Position numbers and translations under genes: made by a program | Assembly (NCBI GenBank): GCA_039028615.1 | Contig: JBCCHT010000009.1 | Location: 160,001-224,000, forward strand | DNA: 64,000 nucleotides | Direction of reading: 5' to 3' | DNA from: Myxococcota bacterium | GTDB taxonomy: Bacteria > Myxococcota_A > Polyangia > Nannocystales > Nannocystaceae | The notes under the pieces: model-generated | Seen by the model: the letters and a program-made list of their open reading frames with translations, nothing else | What the model was told of the DNA's origin: nothing | Database searches by the model: none | In this document: positions 48,746 through 56,201 of the stretch, one piece after another | How the letters are laid out: the number at the start of each line of letters is the position of its first letter | Numbering within the stretch: position 1 is the first letter of the stretch

Positions 48746-50085
48746 CACAACAAGGGCGCGAAGACCCGAGTGAGCGCATCACCCGGGCCAAGTTTCGGAT
48801 CGTGCAAGGGCCGGGGCGAGGGCAGACGATCGACGTCAGCTTCAACCCCGAGAGCCTGGAATACACCGTCACCAACAACATCCAACAGCGCGGCAACTCG
48901 GACTCAAACAAGCAGTACGTCAGCAAGTCCTCGGGCAAGCTGTCGATGGACCTGGTGTTCGATACGACGGACACCGGGACCGACGTCCGTACGCATACCG
49001 AGCAGATGCAGAAGCTGATGCGGCCCGGCGAGGAAGGCCGCCGCAAGGTTGCCAGCATCGTCGAGTTTCGCTGGGGCGTTTACAAGATCAAGGGGGTCCT
49101 CGAGAACTACAAGGAGACCCTCGACTTCTTCTCGCCGACCGGCGTGCCCCTGCGTGCGAGCGTCAGCGTCACGATCTCACAGCAAGACGGGCTCTTCGAG
49201 ACTACCGATCGCGGAAGCTCGGGGCTTCCCAACGACTCGCTCGAGTTGTCGGTCACTCCGGGCCAGTCGCCGACGGGTGACCCTCAGGAGGACCGCAAGG
49301 TCAACAACGCCAGCGGGCAGGAGAAGCCGCGGTTCCCCGAGCGAGAGACGGTGGCGGTCCCACGAGAGCCGGAGCTGCAGCCGCCCTCCAGCTTCGCCCC
49401 TTCCGGCCCCGCGGGCATCGAGCTCGGCGCGGGTCTCGATGTCGATGTCGATCTGAGTCTCGAGGCGCAGCTGGATGTTGGCCTGGGCCTGGATCTGGAA
49501 GTCGGGCTCGATGTCGGGCTCGGATTGGATGTCGGGCTCGATGTGAGCCTCGGTCTCGACGCCAGCCTCGGATTGGACCTGGGCCTCGACATCGGTCTCG
49601 AGCTGCTCACGGACGGTGGAACCGGAGTAGCCTCAGGTGGGCGCCCGGGGCCTGTCTCGGGCAGAAGTGGCTCCCCTCGACCGGGAGCGTCGAGCGGTCG
49701 GGCAGCGGGCGCTCGCTCCCCCCGGGGTAGGCCCGGGTCTACTGCGGCTGACGCTGGTCCGCCGTCGGTCTTCGGCCCCCGATCCAGCCAACCATCGGGT
49801 CGGGTCGAGGGTCCGGAGTTCGGTGGGCGAAGCTCGGCTGGGGTGCCCGCGATCCGAGGTGCGTTCGCAGGCCTTCGCACCGACAATCGCCCTCGCCCCC
49901 GCCGACCATTTCGACCGGTCGAGGTGCAGGCGATCGCCGCCGAACGAACCCCGCGGGCCGACCCCACGTCCCGCTTCGAGGTCGGTGGCCGTGCGATCGG
50001 CTCCGGCAACGCGGGCATGGCTGCGGACGTAGGGGCCAAGGCCACGCTGGCGAGCCGGATTCGTTTCGATGAGGAGGAACTGTGA
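48742..50085 (+). CDS. CIS tube initiator (Afp7/Pvc7-like) with degenerate LysM and low-complexity tail
   Basis: VSFNPESL, LSMDLVFDT, FRWG, LDFFSPTGVPLRASVSVTI; GTG start after GGAGG overlapping the tube stop. Confidence 0.85.
   Translation: MTQQGREDPSERITRAKFRIVQGPGRGQTIDVSFNPESLEYTVTNNIQQRGNSDSNKQYVSKSSGKLSMDLVFDTTDTGTDVRTHTEQMQKLMRPGEEGRRKVASIVEFRWGVYKIKGVLENYKETLDFFSPTGVPLRASVSVTISQQDGLFETTDRGSSGLPNDSLELSVTPGQSPTGDPQEDRKVNNASGQEKPRFPERETVAVPREPELQPPSSFAPSGPAGIELGAGLDVDVDLSLEAQLDVGLGLDLEVGLDVGLGLDVGLDVSLGLDASLGLDLGLDIGLELLTDGGTGVASGGRPGPVSGRSGSPRPGASSGRAAGARSPRGRPGSTAADAGPPSVFGPRSSQPSGRVEGPEFGGRSSAGVPAIRGAFAGLRTDNRPRPRRPFRPVEVQAIAAERTPRADPTSRFEVGGRAIGSGNAGMAADVGAKATLASRIRFDEEEL
49414..49605 (+). 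repeat. coding tandem repeat (G/S-L-D/E-V/L)n
   Basis: GIELGAGLDVDVDLSLEAQLDVGLGLDLEVGLDVGLGLDVGLDVSLGLDASLGLDLGLDIGLEL; DNA units such as gatgtcgggctc recur. Confidence 0.85.
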
Positions 50086-50255
50086 TGGATGTCGATATCG
50101 GTGAAGTGCAAGCACAAGTCGAGGCCCCTTCGGCCGAGCCCTCCGCGAGCTCGAGCCCGTCGTCTCGCGGCAAAGGGCTCACCGAGCTCGCCCACGACCA
50201 AGAACTCGCCGAGCGCCGAGCACAGCGGCTTCGCGATCGGCTACGGGCCGACTGA
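50085..50255 (+). CDS. 56-aa eCIS small protein (Afp6/Pvc6-like candidate); not in ORF track
   Basis: Own translation MDVDIGEVQAQVEAPSAEPSASSSPSSRGKGLTELAHDQELAERRAQRLRDRLRAD; GAGGAGG RBS; TGATG coupling; ends 12 bp before the hub gene. Confidence 0.75.
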   Translation: MDVDIGEVQAQVEAPSAEPSASSSPSSRGKGLTELAHDQELAERRAQRLRDRLRAD

Positions 50256-50267
50256 GAGGTTGACCGA

Positions 50268-51365
50268 ATGAACGCCCCCGCCGAAACCCCGCAGAGCGAT
50301 CGTCGGCTCTATGCCGCGCGACCGACGATCGTCGTCGGCGGGCGGCGGTTTCAGCGGTCCTCCGAGATGCTGCAGGCGATGCGCATGCGGGAGAACGAGG
50401 GCGGGATGTCGTCGCTGGAGCTGCGCTATAGCAACCTGGCCAGCCACCCCGACGGCAAGGCCTCGCTTGCCTTCGAGGACGAGCGGCAGCTCGAGCTCGG
50501 GGCGGAGGTCTCGGTTTACGGCGGCGACGAGGATCGGCCGACGGAGGTGTTTCGCGGCAAGATCACGGCCATCGAGGTCGAGTTCTCGCAGAGCAATCCC
50601 CCGGAGCTGGTCGTGTTGGCCGAGGACCAGCTGTTGGCCTCGCGGATGGAACGCCGCACCCACCTGCACGAGGGGACGACCCTGCGATCGGTCGCCCAGA
50701 CGGTGGCCACCCGCGCGGGCCTGCAGCTCCGAGTCTCGGGGTTCACGGAGTCGATCGGGACCTACCTGCAGCTCAACGAGAGCGACCTGGCGTTCTTGCG
50801 TCGGCTGCTGCGGGACTACGACGGCGACATGCAGGTGGTCGGTGACACGCTGCACGTCGCGACCAAGAACAGCGTCCAGCGGGAGTCCGTCACCTTGCGA
50901 TTGTTCAGTCAGCTGCTGAGCGCTCGGCTCACGGCCGACCTCGCGCATCAAGTCACCGAGGTCACGGTTGCGGGCTGGGACCCGGAGCTCGCCCAACGGG
51001 TCAGTCATGTCAGTCAGGGGCGTGCCCTGGGACCAGGGGCGGGTCGGACGGGCGCGCAGGTCCTCCAGGAGGCTTTTGGTCGTCGCTCTGAACACCTGGG
51101 GTGCACGCCCGTGCTCGATGCGGGCGAGGCCGAGGCCCGGGCGCATACGTCTTTCGACCAACGTGCTCGTCGGTTCGTCGTCGCCGAGTGCACGGCGAAC
51201 GGGAACCCCTCGATCCGCGTGGGAGCCCACGTGACGCTGGCGGGTGTCAGCCCACGCTTCGACAACACCTACTACGTATTCGACGTTTGCCATCGCTTCG
51301 ACCTTCGCGCTGGCTACTTCACCGACTTCCAAGCGGAGTGCGCCTACTTCGGAGCACCGAGATGA
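50268..51365 (+). CDS. baseplate hub (phage late control D / gp27-like)
   Basis: VFRGKITAIE, LVVLAED, QLNESDLAFLRRL, ADLAHQVTEVTVAGWD, GNPSIRVG, RFDNTYYV..VCHRFD. Confidence 0.9.
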   Translation: MNAPAETPQSDRRLYAARPTIVVGGRRFQRSSEMLQAMRMRENEGGMSSLELRYSNLASHPDGKASLAFEDERQLELGAEVSVYGGDEDRPTEVFRGKITAIEVEFSQSNPPELVVLAEDQLLASRMERRTHLHEGTTLRSVAQTVATRAGLQLRVSGFTESIGTYLQLNESDLAFLRRLLRDYDGDMQVVGDTLHVATKNSVQRESVTLRLFSQLLSARLTADLAHQVTEVTVAGWDPELAQRVSHVSQGRALGPGAGRTGAQVLQEAFGRRSEHLGCTPVLDAGEAEARAHTSFDQRARRFVVAECTANGNPSIRVGAHVTLAGVSPRFDNTYYVFDVCHRFDLRAGYFTDFQAECAYFGAPR

Positions 51366-52042
51366 AGACCACGCAGCCCACCTCCGCTTCCCATCACCAC
51401 TTGGCCGAAGTCGTCTCGGTCGGCGACGTGTCGTCCAAGGGGAAGATTCGCGTGCGCTTGCTGACCCACGACGGCTCCGCCACGCAGAACGCTCCGATCG
51501 ATGCACGGCTGTGCGTGCCCTTTGCGGGAGGGGATCGAGGCGCATTCATGGTGCCCGACGTGGGCGACGAGGTCTTGGTGGCGTTCGTCGGAGGAGACCC
51601 GCGGCAGGCGGTGGTCGTCGGTGGGATGTGGAATGGGCAGAACACTCCCGGCGAGGACATTCAGGGAGATCGGGTCGATCGTTGGAGCTTCATCGGCAAA
51701 AAAGGCACTCGCATCGCGATCGTGGAAGAAGGCGGTGGGGCTCGCATCGAGCTACAGGCTCGCTCCGGCCGGAGTTCGAAGGCTTCGTGCGTCATCGATC
51801 GCAACGGCTCCATTCGGCTCTACGCGGGAGGCACGACCCTGGTCCTCGACGGCGCTGGGATGCGGCTCGAGACCTCGGGCGCCTGTGACCTGCAGTCTAC
51901 GGCCATGACGGTGACGGCGGCGACCATGACCGTCGATACCGCATTCACCAGCTTCTCCGGCTTCGTCGATGTCAGCGGCCCGGTGCAGTCGCCCGCCATC
52001 TTGGGCCAGAGCTACACACCCGGAGCGGGCAACGTATGGTAG
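51362..52042 (+). CDS. spike protein (gpV/gp5 OB-fold with short beta-helix)
   Basis: GKIRVRL, ARLCVPFAGGDRGAFMVPDVGDEVLVAF, AVVVGGMWNG; ends SYTPGAGNVW; ATGA overlap. Confidence 0.9.
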   Translation: MKTTQPTSASHHHLAEVVSVGDVSSKGKIRVRLLTHDGSATQNAPIDARLCVPFAGGDRGAFMVPDVGDEVLVAFVGGDPRQAVVVGGMWNGQNTPGEDIQGDRVDRWSFIGKKGTRIAIVEEGGGARIELQARSGRSSKASCVIDRNGSIRLYAGGTTLVLDGAGMRLETSGACDLQSTAMTVTAATMTVDTAFTSFSGFVDVSGPVQSPAILGQSYTPGAGNVW

Positions 52043-53565
52043 CGCACCGCATCGCGCTGGGAGGCCCCCGTCTATTCGGTGGGGCAGATCGCCCGGTCTT
52101 GCTCGAGCGGTCCGACGCTCGCTTCATCGCGAACCTTCGCGAAGAGCTGGCCGATCGCAAGCGGCACCGAGAGGTTCGCTCGACGCGGGTTCGACCTCGG
52201 GACTCGGGAGAGCTGCGCCTCTACCAGCCGATGCATCGCGTGTTCCATCTCGCGTTGGTCGCGGCGACTTGCGACGAGCCCACTCGGCCGCGCTTGGATC
52301 CGCTGAAGGTCGACAGTGCGGGATTGGTGATCCGACGCCTCGCACGAGGTTCCGATGGCCAGATGCGGGAGCAGGCCTGGCTGACGACCGATGATCGTTC
52401 TCATTGGGGGCCGCCCGAACTCTGGGATCCGCAGCGGCGAGAGGAACGAAGCCATCCCGGCCCCGGCTTGGTTCATGCCGACCCCGATCCCGATCGCCGC
52501 CCGCGTTGGAGTGCGGGGCGACCCGAGCTCGATGCGCTGCTGTCCACCATGCGCCGTACCGGGTCATCACGTCGCGAGTCGGTGACCCCGTTGTTTCCGT
52601 TGTCGCCGACCGAGGCCGCCGGGGCCAACGAGACGTTGCTGTTCGGCTTGGTCAACACCGCGTCCTCGGAGACCGAGAGCACGTCTTCACTGCCGACGCC
52701 GAGCCTGCAGGAACTCGAGGACGCGGGCTTCTTTCCCCGGGCGTTCACGGAGACCGAGTCGTGGGAGCCGCCGAGCCCAGGTCTGGCCATCGACGACCCG
52801 CGCGCCGTAGGGCTGGATGCCTACCGGGCCATGATCCAGACCATCGTCGTCACTTTCGATCTGGAGGGTGAAGGCCAAGCGTCACTGCGGCTGCAGGGGC
52901 TGCTGGAGGCCTTGGAGGTCGAGCTCGAGGACGGTCGCCGAGTCACGGTCCTCGAACATGTACGCAGCGCGGCGAAGGTCCTGGTCCACGGGAACACGGC
53001 CGAGAGCTTCGAGATGCCGCACCGTTGGCCTGCCATCTCCAAGCGAACCCGCCGAGCACTGCTCGATGCTGCATGGGAGGCTACGCAGGCACGGTTCGCG
53101 AGCGCTCGAGCGGGCCGGTCGCGCTATGGCGATCGCGATGCCCAGTACGTGGTGCGGACCTTCGTTCGGGTTCGCCGCGAGGACGGATGCCCGCCGGACC
53201 TCGTGTGGTCCGAACCTTCGGCTCCCTTCGAGATCGCGGCTTGGTTCGAGGGATCCCCTGCGCCGAAGCGCATCATCGAGCTCCCCGATCCTCTGAACGG
53301 AGGCTTGGCGGCGATCAAGCCGAGTGTTGCGTTCTCCGTGCCGTCGTCGTTCTCCAACTTTCTCGGTGGCAACTCCGAAGAGGACATCCTGACCGGCAAC
53401 GCCAGCGAAGGTTCGGGCCCCGGCTTCGGGTTCTTGTGTGCATGGAGCATTCCCATCGTGACGCTGTGCGCGTTCGCGATGCTCACCATCATCGTCAATC
53501 TCCTCAACTGGGTGTTCTGGTGGCTGCCGTTCGTGAAGATCTGCATCCCCATCAAGACCAAGTGA
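52036..53565 (+). CDS. eCIS hypothetical protein with C-terminal hydrophobic segment
   Basis: Overlaps the spike gene end; LYQPMHRVFHL, FVRVRREDGCPP..WSEPS..FEIAAWFE; hydrophobic tail FGFLCAWSIPIVTLCAFAMLTIIVNLLNWVFWWLPFVKICIPI. Confidence 0.8.
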   Translation: MVAHRIALGGPRLFGGADRPVLLERSDARFIANLREELADRKRHREVRSTRVRPRDSGELRLYQPMHRVFHLALVAATCDEPTRPRLDPLKVDSAGLVIRRLARGSDGQMREQAWLTTDDRSHWGPPELWDPQRREERSHPGPGLVHADPDPDRRPRWSAGRPELDALLSTMRRTGSSRRESVTPLFPLSPTEAAGANETLLFGLVNTASSETESTSSLPTPSLQELEDAGFFPRAFTETESWEPPSPGLAIDDPRAVGLDAYRAMIQTIVVTFDLEGEGQASLRLQGLLEALEVELEDGRRVTVLEHVRSAAKVLVHGNTAESFEMPHRWPAISKRTRRALLDAAWEATQARFASARAGRSRYGDRDAQYVVRTFVRVRREDGCPPDLVWSEPSAPFEIAAWFEGSPAPKRIIELPDPLNGGLAAIKPSVAFSVPSSFSNFLGGNSEEDILTGNASEGSGPGFGFLCAWSIPIVTLCAFAMLTIIVNLLNWVFWWLPFVKICIPIKTK

Positions 53566-53572
53566 ACGCATC

Positions 53573-53962
53573 GTGAATCGTCGAGCACCACTCAGCTGGC
53601 CGTTGCTGCCCAGGCCCGATGCCGCGGGGCGGCTGCAGTTCCCCGCTTCGCTGGATGTCAGCGTGCAGGAGCGCATTCGTGTGTTGTTGAGCGTGCGGCC
53701 AGGGGAGCTGATGTTCCATCCCGAGTTCGGGGCGGGGCTGGACGAGCTGCTGGCCGAGCCCAATACGCTGGAGCTGCGCCGCGAGGTTCACGACCGCATC
53801 ACGGAGAGCCTGCGTCGCTGGGAGCCGCGGATCGATGTCGAGCGCGTCGATGTCGAGGAGATCGTCGGTCGCCCTACGCAGATTCGTGTGCGTATTTCGT
53901 ACCGCCTGCGGCGAACCGGTGCCCTCGCGAGCCTCGGGCTGACTCTGGAGACTGGGAGCTGA
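53573..53962 (+). CDS. baseplate wedge GPW/gp25 family
   Basis: VQERIRVLLSVRPGE, PEFGAGL, LRRWEPRIDV, ISYRL. Confidence 0.93.
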   Translation: MNRRAPLSWPLLPRPDAAGRLQFPASLDVSVQERIRVLLSVRPGELMFHPEFGAGLDELLAEPNTLELRREVHDRITESLRRWEPRIDVERVDVEEIVGRPTQIRVRISYRLRRTGALASLGLTLETGS

Positions 53963-53965
53963 CCA

Positions 53966-56200
53966 ATGCCGATCAATCCGCCACGTCTCGATGATCGAGG
54001 GTTCGACGACCTCGTCGCGGAACTCGTTGCACGCGTCCCCGCTCACACTCCGGAGTGGGCGCCCCAGGTGGGTGATCCGGGACGAACCCTGATCGACCTG
54101 TTCGCGTGGCTCGGCGACACGATCTTGTATCGAGCCAACCTGATCCCGGAGCGCCAGCGGCTCGTGTTCCTCAAGCTGCTCGGGATGCAGCTGCGTCCGG
54201 CCGTTCCTGCTCGGGGGATCGTGGCCCTGGGCCTCAATCCCGATGACACGGAAACGGTGACGGTGGTGCCCGGAGCGACGGTGACGGGTCCTCCCGACTT
54301 CGAGACCCACCGAGAGGTCACCGTCCTGCCCTTCGAGACGAGGGTCTACGCCAAGCGCAGAGTGGACGCTCTGCAGAACGAGAGGATGGAAGACGTCCTG
54401 CGGGGGATGATGGCCGTCTATCGGGCGGTCAACCCCGACGGCGACGCCGACTCGAAGCCGGTTGGCTACCACACGACCGAGGTCTTCCCCGAAGGCGCGG
54501 CCGCGATCGAGAGCTTCGATGTCGTCCGCGACACGGTGGATAACGCGCTGTGGATCGCATTGCTGGCGCCGTCACCCGAGGACGTCGTGCCCGTTCGCGC
54601 GAGTCTCATCGACGGCATCGATGGTCGGCCCTTCACGCTCAATATGGGAGTGGTGCCCGAGGTCGCCCCGGTCGATCGTCTCGAGGACCTTCGCGAGCGA
54701 CGACCACGGCGGACGGTGTTCGAACTGCTCACCACCGAGACGATCGGTGGTCGCAGCGTGTTCACGGTGCTGGACACTCGCTCGGATACCACCCGAGGCC
54801 TGCGGCGCGACGGGGTCATGGAACTCACGTTCTCGGTGCCGAGCTTCGGTGTGCCGAGCAACGACGTCGCGTCGACACCCTGGGCGGGGATGGGCGATCT
54901 GCCGCCGCGCATCGATGTCCCCGAGGACGCCGCCCGAGTGGTCGGCTGGCTTCGCTTTCGACCGACCGAGCCGCTCAACGAGCTGGCGGTGCAATGGATG
55001 GGGGGGCACGCGGTGGAAGTCGAGCAGACGCGCTCGGTGATCAACCTGGTGGTGGGCACGAGCAACGGGGCTGCCGATCAAGTCGTGTCTCTCGGGGCCA
55101 CTTCGGTCGATCCGCTCACCTTCGATCTCCAGATCCGGGACGAAGACGGCCGCTACGTGTCGTGGCGACGGGTCGACGATCTGCTCGCGGCCGGGCGAGA
55201 CGACCAGGTGTTCGTGCTCGACTCCGAGGCGGGCGCGGTCCGCTTTGGCGACGACGTCCGCGGCAAGATCCCGCCGGTCGGAGCTCGTGTTCGGGTCGGG
55301 ACGATGAAGGCCGGGGGCGGGAAGGCGGGCAACGTGCCAGCCAACACCTTGCGTGAGCTCCACGGCAAGGACCCCACGGGAGCCAACGTCAAGTCGCTGC
55401 GGGTCCTACAACCTCTGCCTGCGCGCGGTGGCGTCGAGGCGGAGACCTTGGTGCAGGCCGAGCGAAGGATCCCCGCGACGTTGCGCCATCGCAATCGGGC
55501 GGTGACGGAAAACGACTACCGGGCTCTCGCGGCGACGGTGCCGGGAGTGAAGGTGGGGCGCGTCGAGATCCTGCCTCGCTTCAAGCCGCACCAGCGTCGA
55601 CACAACGTGCCCGGGGTCGTGACGGTGATGGCCATCCCCTCGGTGGCTCGTGGTGATCTTCGAGCCCCGACTCCCCGGGGTGATCGGCACTTCATCGAGA
55701 GCGTGCACGCGTGGCTCGACGAGCGGCGCGCAGTGGGGACCGAGCTTTATGTCATCAACCCCGAATACGTTCCGATCGCGATCAGCGTAGGCGTCGAGCT
55801 GCGGCACGGGTTCGCGGTCGAGCAGACGCTGGCGGCGGTTCGGCTGTCGTTGCGATCGTTCTTCTGGCCACTGCCACCGCGGGGCCCGGGTCGGCGTGGC
55901 TGGCCCCTGGGCACGACGGTCTCTGCGGCCCAAGCCGAAGTGGCGGTGGCACGTACACCCGGTGTCTCGCTCATCCGCGGGCTGCGGCTGTTCTCACGTG
56001 ACGAGCAGTGGGAGGCGGTCGATCGAGGCGAGCTTCGGCTACAGCCCTGGCAGCTCCCCGAGCTGATGCATGTGGTGGCGGTGAGCAGCGCCGAAGCACC
56101 TGCGGATCCCCGCGCCATTCCCGATGCGTTCGCCGGCTCGACGACAGGTGCGGGCACGCGACCGTCGATCTTCGTTCCTCTCGTCCCGGAGGTGTGCTGA
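53966..56200 (+). CDS. baseplate J/gp6-like protein (Afp11-type)
   Basis: PRLDDRGFDDLV, PAHTPEW..DPGRTLIDLFAW, GTSNGAADQ, VRFGDDVRGKIPP, GGGKAGNV, GGVEAET, RAVTENDY, PGVVTV, GWPLG. Confidence 0.93.
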   Translation: MPINPPRLDDRGFDDLVAELVARVPAHTPEWAPQVGDPGRTLIDLFAWLGDTILYRANLIPERQRLVFLKLLGMQLRPAVPARGIVALGLNPDDTETVTVVPGATVTGPPDFETHREVTVLPFETRVYAKRRVDALQNERMEDVLRGMMAVYRAVNPDGDADSKPVGYHTTEVFPEGAAAIESFDVVRDTVDNALWIALLAPSPEDVVPVRASLIDGIDGRPFTLNMGVVPEVAPVDRLEDLRERRPRRTVFELLTTETIGGRSVFTVLDTRSDTTRGLRRDGVMELTFSVPSFGVPSNDVASTPWAGMGDLPPRIDVPEDAARVVGWLRFRPTEPLNELAVQWMGGHAVEVEQTRSVINLVVGTSNGAADQVVSLGATSVDPLTFDLQIRDEDGRYVSWRRVDDLLAAGRDDQVFVLDSEAGAVRFGDDVRGKIPPVGARVRVGTMKAGGGKAGNVPANTLRELHGKDPTGANVKSLRVLQPLPARGGVEAETLVQAERRIPATLRHRNRAVTENDYRALAATVPGVKVGRVEILPRFKPHQRRHNVPGVVTVMAIPSVARGDLRAPTPRGDRHFIESVHAWLDERRAVGTELYVINPEYVPIAISVGVELRHGFAVEQTLAAVRLSLRSFFWPLPPRGPGRRGWPLGTTVSAAQAEVAVARTPGVSLIRGLRLFSRDEQWEAVDRGELRLQPWQLPELMHVVAVSSAEAPADPRAIPDAFAGSTTGAGTRPSIFVPLVPEVC

Positions 56201-56201
56201 G

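Noticed and set aside
49414..49605. Possible CRISPR array or non-coding repeat
   Set aside because: Units are short, degenerate at third codon positions and in frame within a CDS; there are no unique spacers or cas genes.
50089..50271. 60-aa ORF from the ORF track
   Set aside because: The frame starting at 50085 has better RBS spacing, stop-start coupling and a more protein-like sequence.
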